From: a virus
IMG/VR virus record: IMGVR_UViG_3300035698_018106
Span: 102,717 to 166,716 of that record
Length of the DNA: 64,000 bases
Reading direction: 5' to 3' (one strand)
Below are positions 1 to 9,118 of this stretch, one piece after another. Within the stretch, counting starts at the first letter, position 1, and each line of letters opens with the position of its first letter. The notes under the pieces were generated by a model. The model saw only the letters and a list, made by a program, of their open reading frames with translations, searched no databases and had not been told where the DNA came from. The position numbers and the translations under genes were made by a program.

Positions 1-1573
1 CTAAACTTGCATAACTAAAATCTAATCCAGCATGTTCTCTAGCTAATTGTTGAGTTATTTTTCTTCCAACATTATCATATCCAAGAATTTGAATGACTTT
101 CTCATATGGTATAGACTTAATATTTTTAAATGCATTAACAAATATTTCATTAAGTCTAGTTCCTGGTTCTAATCCAAATTCTCCTAATGATTCTCCACCA
201 TTTTCTAAAACAAATGCCCATAATTCATACATATTAGCAAAACGTTTAGCAAATGGCTTTAATCTTTCACCACCAACACCTTTAAGATCTAAAATACCAG
301 AGGCCGATGCTAATTTCTTAGAAATTCTACCAACACAATGTTCATTAGAACAAGATAAATGAATCTTATTGAATGTTAATTTAGTTCCACAATCAGGACA
401 ATTTGTTGGTAAATTTACTGGTTCTCCTGGTGTATAAATTACTTTTTGAATCTCAGGTATTATATCACCGGCTTTAGCTATTGAAACACTTGCCCCTATA
501 CATATACCATTATCAACCAAATATCCAGCATTATATCCAGACGCTCTTTTTACAATTGTTCCGGCTAATTCGACTGGATCCAAAAGAATAACTGGTGTAA
601 GTTCTCCACGTTTCGAAACATTCCATTCAATTCCAATAACAGTTGTTATGGCTCCTTCAGGAACAAATTTTATAGCAATTGCCCATTCAGGATCATGATC
701 ATTTTCTCCTAATATTTCTCTAACCGGAACTGGCATAGATATTACAACACCATCCAATTGAAATTTATAAGTTTCTCTTAATTTTTCAAATTTCTTAATA
801 ATATTAATATAATCTTCATGTTCAAAAATTATATCATGATTAGTAGTACAAAATGTATTATGATTAAAATGAGATGGATGAACTTGTTTTCCGTTAACTA
901 AAAAATGTAATGGAATAAGAGTAATATCGTCAATTTTTTCTTGGTCATAATCATCTTTTCCAATTACACCTGCCACAAAATTTCTAGCATTTGCATATTT
1001 TCCATCTTCTCGTTTACCAAAATATTTTTCTTTAAATAAAGAAAGTTTAATGACAGCTTCACATCTAATTTCAATTGTATCTTCTTCTTCAATATTTAAT
1101 CCTTGTATGACTAATTCTTCTTTTACTTTAGACCTTAGTCTAGTTGTTACATCTTTACCTTCTAAACCATCTCCTCTAGTAAGAATATTATTTAAAGTTG
1201 TACACTGATAAATAATATTAATTGCTGATCCATCAAATTTAGGTGATCCAGAAAGTCTAAAACCATTTCCAACAACATTTTGACATTTTCTAAGCCATTT
1301 TTTATATTCATCCTCTTGATAATTAATAACTTTATCAATTCGTTCTGTTTGAATTTTTGCTAATGAAAGCATTTTTGTTGGGTGAGCAAAATCAAAATCT
1401 TTTCTTTTAGAACCAACCTGTTCAATAACTTTAGAACCATTATTCTTAAGAATTTTCTCAAGTTCATCAAATTCAGCATCTGTCATTAGATCTTCAATAC
1501 GATCTTCATTACCTTCATAATAAGCAATTTTAGCTTTAAGATACTTATTTTCTAAAATTTGTTGATTATTCAT
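1..1573 (-). CDS. ligA: NAD+-dependent DNA ligase (LigA family), partial. The C-terminus runs off the window start. An in-frame TAA at 830-832 interrupts the reading frame.
   Basis: Minus strand starts at the ATG at 1573-1571. Translation shows the Ia-like N-terminus (MTDAEFDELEKIL), adenylation motif I (SPKFDGSAINIIY, KxDG), TRGDGLEGKDVT, EIRCEAV (motif III-like) and NARNFVAGV (NPRNAAAG-like). The TAA at 830-832 follows. The same frame then continues with FQLDGVVI (motif IV), AIAIKF (motif V), ITPVILLDPVELAG (OB domain), KAGDIIPEI, a CPDCG...CSNEHC Zn finger and the HhH motif LGYDNVGR. No ORF for this region was present in the supplied track. Confidence 0.7.
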   Translation of the reverse strand, partial: MNNQQILENKYLKAKIAYYEGNEDRIEDLMTDAEFDELEKILKNNGSKVIEQVGSKRKDFDFAHPTKMLSLAKIQTERIDKVINYQEDEYKKWLRKCQNVVGNGFRLSGSPKFDGSAINIIYQCTTLNNILTRGDGLEGKDVTTRLRSKVKEELVIQGLNIEEEDTIEIRCEAVIKLSLFKEKYFGKREDGKYANARNFVAGVIGKDDYDQEKIDDITLIPLHFLVNGKQVHPSHFNHNTFCTTNHDIIFEHEDYINIIKKFEKLRETYKFQLDGVVISMPVPVREILGENDHDPEWAIAIKFVPEGAITTVIGIEWNVSKRGELTPVILLDPVELAGTIVKRASGYNAGYLVDNGICIGASVSIAKAGDIIPEIQKVIYTPGEPVNLPTNCPDCGTKLTFNKIHLSCSNEHCVGRISKKLASASGILDLKGVGGERLKPFAKRFANMYELWAFVLENGGESLGEFGLEPGTRLNEIFVNAFKNIKSIPYEKVIQILGYDNVGRKITQQLAREHAGLDFSYASL

Positions 1574-1657
1574 TTATTCATTTTTAAATTAATAGTTAAA
1601 TATAACAACAAAAGTTGGGATAAAAAATATTATCCCAACTTTATTTATAAAAAATTA

Positions 1658-2392
1658 TTACTTTTTAAATCGATGATCATCAAATGGTAATTCCAATTCA
1701 TGAATTTCACAAAATTTATCAATTGTTTTCATTTGAGCAAACGTCATCTTCTTAGGTAATATAAAATCAGATTTAGTACCGGACCATGACATTATTCTGA
1801 CCCAACCTAAACCTTGTAAAAATTCAAATGGATAATTATGTACAGATTCAGCTAACTTTGTTGCCGAACCTTCTATACCATATTTTTGATCCATCCAAGA
1901 AGATGCCCATCTATTATGATTTGCATTATCTAATCCAGTATAATTTCCTGACCTATCTATCCAAGCATTTCGTAATTCCATTTCAGGAGCTTCTTTAAAT
2001 TTCTTATCTAAAGTATCATCTACCTTAATATTATGAATTTCAGCATATTTTTCTTTTATACCTCTTTGGTCAGGTATAAAATATTGCCAATGTTTCTTAT
2101 AATTATTATCAACCATAAGCCAATTGAGTTCATCATTAGTTAATTCACCCCACCCGCGTTCTTTTAATATAATATCATTAGATGACTTTAACTTAATTAT
2201 ATCATTTCTGATTATTTCTGCTTTTTTCTCTTCTTCCTTAGCAATTTTATTCCACATTGCTGTTTCTTCAATTAGGCGTTTGCATTCAACATCTATTGAT
2301 GTAACATACTTTTCTAATTCAGAGGTTGACATATTAGCAGTCTCATTCTTAGATAATGGTTTAAATTTTATTTTCTTTTTCATATAAAGCAA
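1658..2392 (-). CDS. hypothetical protein
   Basis: 244-aa ORF, co-directional with neighbours. No recognisable motifs. Confidence 0.5.
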   Translation of the reverse strand: MLYMKKKIKFKPLSKNETANMSTSELEKYVTSIDVECKRLIEETAMWNKIAKEEEKKAEIIRNDIIKLKSSNDIILKERGWGELTNDELNWLMVDNNYKKHWQYFIPDQRGIKEKYAEIHNIKVDDTLDKKFKEAPEMELRNAWIDRSGNYTGLDNANHNRWASSWMDQKYGIEGSATKLAESVHNYPFEFLQGLGWVRIMSWSGTKSDFILPKKMTFAQMKTIDKFCEIHELELPFDDHRFKK

Positions 2393-2431
2393 ATATAACC
2401 ATTTATTTCTAAATAAAAAACTTTATGCATA

Positions 2432-2929
2432 TTATTTTGGGAAATTAATCTCTTTTGTTAATTCTGAGCTCATATCGCATAAATCATTGGCTCTAATTTC
2501 AAATGTGGCGTTTGGATATCCATATATAGGATCAATTTCTAATTCAATATGGATTTCATCTGGGATAATATCTGTAATTGGACATATGAATTCTTTTCCA
2601 GATTGTTCAAATATTACTATTCTATTAAGAATTTCTTCCCATTCTTTACAAGTTCCATTTGAATATTTAACTTTTACTCTAGTTTTAAATCTAGTATCAG
2701 AAAAAAATCTGAATACAAGTGGGAAATCTGTAAAGAATGCAGTTTTGTCACCTATTATAGATATAGAGAACCTAGCAGTTCTTTTATTTTTTACTTTTTT
2801 ATATCTAGGGGCAGTTATTTTAAATCTACATTTATTTACATCAGATTTATCATAAAGCTTTTGTATAAACAATAATAAGAAGATTGCAACAATAAGTAGT
2901 CCTAAAAAGATTCCAGCGTTTACTAACAT
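2432..2929 (-). CDS. hypothetical membrane-anchored protein
   Basis: 165-aa ORF with a hydrophobic N-terminal helix (AGIFLGLLIVAIFLLLFI). Confidence 0.45.
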   Translation of the reverse strand: MLVNAGIFLGLLIVAIFLLLFIQKLYDKSDVNKCRFKITAPRYKKVKNKRTARFSISIIGDKTAFFTDFPLVFRFFSDTRFKTRVKVKYSNGTCKEWEEILNRIVIFEQSGKEFICPITDIIPDEIHIELEIDPIYGYPNATFEIRANDLCDMSSELTKEINFPK

Positions 2930-2938
2930 AAAACGGAG

Positions 2939-3712
2939 TTATTTTTCTTCTAGGGCTTCAATTCGTTCCCTTAATATTAATATTTCATTCTTAAGATTAA
3001 TATCAGTAGACGAATCTTCTATTATGATATTATTAGCTTTTATATTTCCGTCCACATTTAATTTATATATCCCTGGAATATTTCCAATTCCAACGTTTCC
3101 TGTAGATGATATAAGAAATTTAAAATCTGAATAACTACCAGATGAAATTCCTAAAATTGGTCTATTAATAACACATCCATTATTAACATTTCTAGCATCT
3201 AATATTATTGCTGGAATATCAGTATTTTCCCCTTCTATAACTTTACCTATAAAATATAAGCCTGAGTCATCATCATCAGATCCAACACCTATAATTTGAG
3301 GTAAAAACCCACTATCTGTAGCATTTCCTATAGATATACCAAATATACCATCCCCTATATGAAGAGCAGTTGTTCTCGTGTTAACAGGGACACTGATATC
3401 AAATCTATAATCATGTAAAGGATATCTATTTAAACCAACTTGTCCGTCTCTAAAAAGGAACGGAGTGTCGTCTAGAGGATTTTGAATAGAACAATCAATT
3501 TGTATATCTCCTGTAGAACTATTAGATATAATTATATTAGAAGAACCTATTAAAGAGGTCCATCCAATATTGTCATTATGAGATAAAAATTTAACATCGT
3601 TTTCTTCATTAGAAAATAATGGAACCAATTCAACTATATTAAAATTATCACTTCCATCTTTAGTTATTTGGTTAAGAATTAAATTTTTATTATCTTTTTT
3701 ATTAAATGACAT
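2939..3712 (-). CDS. hypothetical protein with a Gly-rich beta-repeat region (GNVGIGNIPG) and a C-terminal coiled coil
   Basis: 257-aa ORF. Gly/Asn/Ser-rich with a GNVGIG motif reminiscent of phage fibre proteins. C-terminal heptad-like sequence LKNEILILRERIEALEEK. Confidence 0.4.
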   Translation of the reverse strand: MSFNKKDNKNLILNQITKDGSDNFNIVELVPLFSNEENDVKFLSHNDNIGWTSLIGSSNIIISNSSTGDIQIDCSIQNPLDDTPFLFRDGQVGLNRYPLHDYRFDISVPVNTRTTALHIGDGIFGISIGNATDSGFLPQIIGVGSDDDDSGLYFIGKVIEGENTDIPAIILDARNVNNGCVINRPILGISSGSYSDFKFLISSTGNVGIGNIPGIYKLNVDGNIKANNIIIEDSSTDINLKNEILILRERIEALEEK

Positions 3713-4510
3713 TTATTTTTTTGGATCGTCTTGTTTTTTATCAGAATTTTTAGATTCTAAAGGAGGTTTGCGCTTTTTCCATTCTTTTTTAAGTTCTCCT
3801 AAATATTTACAATTTTCATATTTTTCTTTATCTTTAAATGATTCTATCATTCGATCTATAACTTCATCGATATGTTTATTTTCTATAATTACAATGGTTT
3901 TAGTATCAGCAAAAATAACAAAAGGCTTATTTTCTTCAATTGGTTCCTTATCAAAATTTTCACGGACGTAATCATATATCTTCTGAGATAATTGTTCCCA
4001 ACCTCCATCTATATAAAAATTATCATTTTGTTCGGTTGGATTAAAACTTAATAAAACTCTCTTATCTTCAGTGTATCCCATAGTCGTTAAGAAAATCATA
4101 CTGGTAGGATTTATAGATTCAGATGCTTCAATATCCCGGGCATTTTCCTCAGCAATAATATGAGTTTTTTCATGGATAAATTCTCCCATTTGTTCTAACC
4201 ATTTAGGATAGGTTTTATATTGAATATCATCAGTTAGATTCCATGAAGGATCTATTTCAGAGTCATGTATTAATATTATATGTGAATAAACATCATAATC
4301 GACCATATCAGAACAAATTCTATTAAATTCAATATCGACTGGTTCTTCTATCTCACCCCATAAACACCAAGTATTAGGTACTTCTGGTAATCTAAACGAA
4401 GATACAAATTTATAATCTTTAAATGTCTTGGATAATTCATCGTCGGTATAAACTTTATCTTTAGGATACATCTCTTCCGCTATTCCATTACTATATATAA
4501 TTAGGCTCAC
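3713..4510 (-). CDS. hypothetical protein with a basic C-terminal tail
   Basis: 265-aa ORF abutting the upstream gene. No motif recognised. Confidence 0.45.
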   Translation of the reverse strand: MSLIIYSNGIAEEMYPKDKVYTDDELSKTFKDYKFVSSFRLPEVPNTWCLWGEIEEPVDIEFNRICSDMVDYDVYSHIILIHDSEIDPSWNLTDDIQYKTYPKWLEQMGEFIHEKTHIIAEENARDIEASESINPTSMIFLTTMGYTEDKRVLLSFNPTEQNDNFYIDGGWEQLSQKIYDYVRENFDKEPIEENKPFVIFADTKTIVIIENKHIDEVIDRMIESFKDKEKYENCKYLGELKKEWKKRKPPLESKNSDKKQDDPKK

Positions 4511-4575
4511 ATTAAAGTTTTTTATTTGAAAATATTTTATAATTATTATATGTATCTAAATCTAAAAAGTTTACT

Positions 4576-5619
4576 TTATTTGTTAAACCTTTTAAATGCT
4601 GCATTTGTGATATGTTCATAATCTACATATCCAATAAACTTATGAATTTTATCATATCCACAATAACTCATATTTGTCCGTAAATAATCTTCAAAATTCT
4701 CTATCCAAGATTCTAATGTATATTCTACTTTTTGTTTCTTTGTTATTCCTTCAGCTGTTTTAATTTTATCTTTACCCCATTTTCTTTGAACAGCTTTAGT
4801 ACTCATTCCTCTATATTCTTTTTTAATAGTAAATCCCTTTTTCCATAATCTATTCGCTAGTTTATATGGGATTTTAAAACCTAAAAAATAATTACTTCCA
4901 GAACTTTCGATAGCTTTATTAAAAATAGATCCTAACATTATATAATCAGCACCTAATCCTAATGCTTTTATGATATCATCATATCCTTGCATACCACCAT
5001 CAATAACTATTTTAGTATTCCAGAATCCTCCTTTTATCTTTTCTTCTCTACATTCTTTTATTAAAGATCCTATAGGATAATTAATTGCGGCATTTGCTGC
5101 AGTTGTACAAGCCCCACCAGTTCCTATAGAGCATCTTATATAATCTGCGCCGGCCATTGCTAAATTTTTATATGTTAAAGGGTGGGCAACATTACCAACC
5201 ATTAAAATGATAAAAGGGCGTAGTTTCTTAATAGCTTTTATAACATCTATTAATCTTTGCATATGACCATTAGCTATATCTATTAATATACGCGGGTAAT
5301 GTTGAATATATTTAGTATCATATATATCACCATTTGCTGCGCGCTCTAAATCTTTTTCTATTTCAACAAGTCCTAATGATTGAAAATATTTACCTTTATT
5401 TATAAGATGTTCATCTTCAAATCCTCTAGGTAAACAAGGCACTATTTTATTTTGTATATAATGTTCTAGATTTTTCTCTGAAATAACAGTATCCATTGGA
5501 GATGCCATTAATGGTAAAGTTCCATCTTGTTCTGTATCACATTCACTTCTACTATTAATTGGGCTAACAATAGCAGGAGTAATTACAATGTCTTTTAAAT
5601 CGAATTTAATATCTTTCAT
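4576..5619 (-). CDS. GMP reductase-like protein (IMPDH/GMPR TIM-barrel family)
   Basis: 347 aa, the same length as GuaC. Motifs: LPLMASPMDTV (compare IIAANMDTV), CSIGTGGACTTAANA (compare GIGPGSVCTT, catalytic Cys loop) and VIDGGMQGYDDIIKALGLGADYIMLGS (compare SDGG...GADFVMLGG). There is no CBS-domain insertion. Confidence 0.55.
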   Translation of the reverse strand: MKDIKFDLKDIVITPAIVSPINSRSECDTEQDGTLPLMASPMDTVISEKNLEHYIQNKIVPCLPRGFEDEHLINKGKYFQSLGLVEIEKDLERAANGDIYDTKYIQHYPRILIDIANGHMQRLIDVIKAIKKLRPFIILMVGNVAHPLTYKNLAMAGADYIRCSIGTGGACTTAANAAINYPIGSLIKECREEKIKGGFWNTKIVIDGGMQGYDDIIKALGLGADYIMLGSIFNKAIESSGSNYFLGFKIPYKLANRLWKKGFTIKKEYRGMSTKAVQRKWGKDKIKTAEGITKKQKVEYTLESWIENFEDYLRTNMSYCGYDKIHKFIGYVDYEHITNAAFKRFNK

Positions 5620-5649
5620 AATTTTTATATGATAAAATATTTAAAAAGT

Positions 5650-6447
5650 TTAGATTAATTTATCTTCTTCATCTTCTTCATCAAATTCATCATCTTCAGG
5701 GAATGTAATTTCTTCTTTTGGTGGAAGATTAATTTCATCATCGGGTAACATTGCTGGTTGTGGTCCTGAAATTGAAGGTCTAACTAATGGTTCATTTTGA
5801 GATGAAGGCTGTTCAGGAACTTTTGAATCTATTTTTGGTTCTAGAGGTTCTTCTATATCATCTGGTTCATTAGTAGTAACAATAATATCGTCCTTTTTGA
5901 CATTATCAACAGGAATACTTTTATCATGAATATCTAATGGTTTTTCTTCATCAGGTGATGATATATCTGTATCACTATAATCTGTTGGAATTTCTGGAAC
6001 ATCATCTGGAACAATAGATGGCTTAAATGTAGGTTCTGATTTAGGTACTACTGGTCTTTGTTCAACATCTTTTTCTTTTGGCATTAATTTGTCAGCAGGT
6101 TCTTCAGTTTTTGGAATTTTATCACTAATGGATATCTTAGGTTTTCCGGTTTCTTTATCTACATCTAATACAATTTCTTTACTTCTATTAGATACGCTTC
6201 TCCATTTATTTTTATCTAAATCATAAAATGCAGCCACTTTATCTGATGATGGATTTTCTCCTGTTGGCTGTTCGGCAGTTGGTACATATTTCATCATAGT
6301 TGTACCTTTTGCGGGTCTAACATCTCCATCAATTTTTATAAATTCGAAATTAAGAATCTTTTTATTAAGAACTTTTCTAAGTTCCTCAACAGAAACTGGT
6401 TCTCCAACTAAAAGTTTTTCATTAAGAGTAGACCTAACAATATGCAT
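5650..6447 (-). CDS. hypothetical protein with a conserved-looking N-terminal domain and a Pro/Asp/Glu-rich disordered C-terminal tail
   Basis: 265-aa ORF. The C-terminal 180 aa are low-complexity (P, E, D, K). The GGATATATAAAATAA motif lies 10 nt upstream. Confidence 0.5.
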   Translation of the reverse strand: MHIVRSTLNEKLLVGEPVSVEELRKVLNKKILNFEFIKIDGDVRPAKGTTMMKYVPTAEQPTGENPSSDKVAAFYDLDKNKWRSVSNRSKEIVLDVDKETGKPKISISDKIPKTEEPADKLMPKEKDVEQRPVVPKSEPTFKPSIVPDDVPEIPTDYSDTDISSPDEEKPLDIHDKSIPVDNVKKDDIIVTTNEPDDIEEPLEPKIDSKVPEQPSSQNEPLVRPSISGPQPAMLPDDEINLPPKEEITFPEDDEFDEEDEEDKLI

Positions 6448-6481
6448 ACAAAGTAGTTTATTTTATATATCCAATAAAAAA

Positions 6482-6506
6482 AGCTCTGAGTTATCAGAGC
6501 TTTTTT
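6482..6506 (-). terminator. rho-independent terminator downstream of the RNR gene
   Basis: Stem AGCTCTGA / TCAGAGCT with loop GTTA. Flanked by an A-run on one side and a T-run on the other, so it could act bidirectionally. Confidence 0.6.
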
Positions 6507-6526
6507 ATCCTATTTTTAATAATTTA

Positions 6527-9076
6527 TTAACCACACCTTGAAAAACTACAAGATGTACAATGAACACACCCTTCTTCTCTTATTAAATCAGCTTTACAAT
6601 CAGGACATTTCTCTTCTAATTTTACAGATTCTTCATATCTGCTCAAGTATCTCCTAACAACTGATGAAAAAGAAGTAATATTTTCATCTATTTTTTTAAT
6701 TACATTATTAACATGAGATATAGGGGCACCATGACGCAATAACATAGAGGCAGTTAACGTTAATATTTTAAACTCAATTCTATCTGCGGCTATTTGAAGT
6801 TCTTCTATTTCAAATTCACCATTAATAAACTTATAATGTCCTTTTTTAACTTTGATAATCTTACCTGTTGTGTTTTTAAGACTTGGAGGATTCTCAAACC
6901 CCATTATTTCATAAGGTCTATTAGTTCCAGGCCATTTACCTATAATAACAGCAAAATCTCTTCCATCTGCTTTAGCAGCATAATAATCTGCTTCTAATTC
7001 TTTAGGTCTTTTTGGTGCATTTGATTCTGGAAATTCTTCTATTTCATTTGTTTCTTCTTTTTTACTTAATATAACACCTGTTCTAGATCCTTCTCTATAA
7101 ATAGTGCAACCTTTGCATCCGGCTTTCCAAGCTTCAAAGTATATATCATTAACTTCTTTCTTAGTTGTTTGTGATGGTAAATTATGAGTTACTGAGATTG
7201 AATGGTCAATCCATTTCTGAATAACACCTTGCATTCTTACTTTTTCTAAATAATCAATTTCATGAGATTCAGATCCTGCCCAAGGAGATTCTTTTATAAT
7301 ATCATTTAAATTAGATTCAGATAAACCATTAAGATAAATATCAACATCAATTATTTCTTTTCCTTCTTTAGTAGTTTTATACCATTCTAAGAATGTAGTA
7401 TGTAAAACATTAAATTCTTCCCATGAATCACCATTTTCATCAACAAAATCAATTTTAACAGTAGGATCATTAGGATTAACTTTTTTCCTTCGTAATGATA
7501 TAATTTTAAATACAGGCTCTATACCTGAAGTGGTTTGAGATGCTATTGCTAATGTACCAGTTGGAGCAATAGATAATGAAGCGATATTTCTTCTACCATA
7601 TTTTATATAATCCTCATATTCTGCAGTACTAAAATTAGCAGAAATAATTCTATTAATGAATGGATTATTAGATTCTTTATCGTAATTCCATATAGGAAAT
7701 GCTCCTCTTTCTTTTGCTAATTGAACAGTTTCTTTATAACAACTAACAGCTAGATTTTTAAATATTTTATCGATGAATTTAGTAGATTCTTTAGATCCAT
7801 ATCGCATACCTAATTTAGCTAGCATATCACCTAGTCCTAATACACCAATACCGGTTCTTCTTCCATTTCTTAGCACAGTCAAAACATTATTCCATGTTTC
7901 CAACTCAACTCTTTTTAATAGTTTAGCTTCCGGATCTTTTTTAATTTTTGCTAAAATCTTCTCTATTTTTTCTTCTTCTAATGATACAATATCATCCATA
8001 GTACGTTGAGCAAATCTAGCAGTTTTTTCTAATTTAGCCCAATCTATTTTAGCATTTTTCTTAAATGGATTTTTAACATGATTTGATAAATTAAGTGATC
8101 CTAATCTACATGAATCGTAAGATGACAAAGGAACTTCGCCACATGGATTTGTTCCTTTAGTTTCGAATCCTAAATCTGCATAACAATCTGATGGAGATTC
8201 GGATATTATTGAATCCCAAAATAAAATGCCTGGTTCTGCATTTTTATGGGCCATTTCAATAGTTTTATCCCATAATTCTTTGGCTTTTATCCTTTTTATA
8301 TACATACCATTATCTAATTTATGAATAGCATCATATGGTGTTTGTATATCAATTTTAGGTTGTTTGTTTGTTGTTGGCCAATGTAGAATATAATCTTGAT
8401 CTTGTTCAACAGCTTTCATAAACTCATCAGTTACTTTAAGAGAAACATTAGCTCCAGTAACTTTAGATAAATCCGCCTTTTTAATAACAAATGTAGGGGA
8501 ATCTGGATGATTAACATGCATACTAATCATTAATGCTCCCCTCCTACCGTCTTGTGCAACTTCTCTAGTTGTGTTTGAATATCTATCCATAAATGAAGGA
8601 GCGCCGGTTGAAGATTGGGCTGAGTTATTAACATAACTGCCTATAGGTCGAAGATTTTCTATAGTAATACCAACACCTCCTCTTCTTTTCATTAATTGTG
8701 CAATTATTTCATCAATATTAATAATTGCGCCATAAGAATCAGAGTTATTATCTATAAAAAAACAATTTCCAAGAGATGACATTTGGTAATTATTTCCTAA
8801 CCCAAATAATATAGACCCTCCATAAATGAAATTTCCAAATCCTTTTAAATTATCATATATCTCTTCTTTATTAAGAGGGTGTGGATATTCTTGTTCTTTC
8901 CTAAAAATCTCATTTGTTATTCTATTAATAGTATTATCAGGCATTAATTCTATAAACTTTCCTTTTTCTTTAAGTGCATACTTATTAATCCAAACTTGTG
9001 TTGCTAAATTATCACCCTTAAAATAAGGTAAAGTAGCATCATTAAGTTGATCAATTGTATAGGTTTCATTAGTCAT
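6527..9076 (-). CDS. nrdJ: ribonucleotide reductase, class II (adenosylcobalamin-dependent, monomeric NrdJ-like) with a C-terminal Zn ribbon
   Basis: 849 aa. Active-site motif TNPCGEVPLSSYDSCRLGSLNL (the class II NPCGE...CxLGSxNL pattern). Glycine-rich GGVGI segment. C-terminal CPDCKADLIREEGCVHCTSCSFSRCG. Confidence 0.8.
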   Translation of the reverse strand: MTNETYTIDQLNDATLPYFKGDNLATQVWINKYALKEKGKFIELMPDNTINRITNEIFRKEQEYPHPLNKEEIYDNLKGFGNFIYGGSILFGLGNNYQMSSLGNCFFIDNNSDSYGAIINIDEIIAQLMKRRGGVGITIENLRPIGSYVNNSAQSSTGAPSFMDRYSNTTREVAQDGRRGALMISMHVNHPDSPTFVIKKADLSKVTGANVSLKVTDEFMKAVEQDQDYILHWPTTNKQPKIDIQTPYDAIHKLDNGMYIKRIKAKELWDKTIEMAHKNAEPGILFWDSIISESPSDCYADLGFETKGTNPCGEVPLSSYDSCRLGSLNLSNHVKNPFKKNAKIDWAKLEKTARFAQRTMDDIVSLEEEKIEKILAKIKKDPEAKLLKRVELETWNNVLTVLRNGRRTGIGVLGLGDMLAKLGMRYGSKESTKFIDKIFKNLAVSCYKETVQLAKERGAFPIWNYDKESNNPFINRIISANFSTAEYEDYIKYGRRNIASLSIAPTGTLAIASQTTSGIEPVFKIISLRRKKVNPNDPTVKIDFVDENGDSWEEFNVLHTTFLEWYKTTKEGKEIIDVDIYLNGLSESNLNDIIKESPWAGSESHEIDYLEKVRMQGVIQKWIDHSISVTHNLPSQTTKKEVNDIYFEAWKAGCKGCTIYREGSRTGVILSKKEETNEIEEFPESNAPKRPKELEADYYAAKADGRDFAVIIGKWPGTNRPYEIMGFENPPSLKNTTGKIIKVKKGHYKFINGEFEIEELQIAADRIEFKILTLTASMLLRHGAPISHVNNVIKKIDENITSFSSVVRRYLSRYEESVKLEEKCPDCKADLIREEGCVHCTSCSFSRCG

Positions 9077-9118
9077 ATTAACATATTTATTTTAATTCAT
9101 TATTTTTAAGCTGTATTA

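Noticed and set aside
93-362. 89-aa plus-strand ORF at the window start
   Set aside because: It lies wholly inside the LigA coding region on the opposite strand. The LigA frame shows clear family motifs, and the plus-strand ORF shows none.
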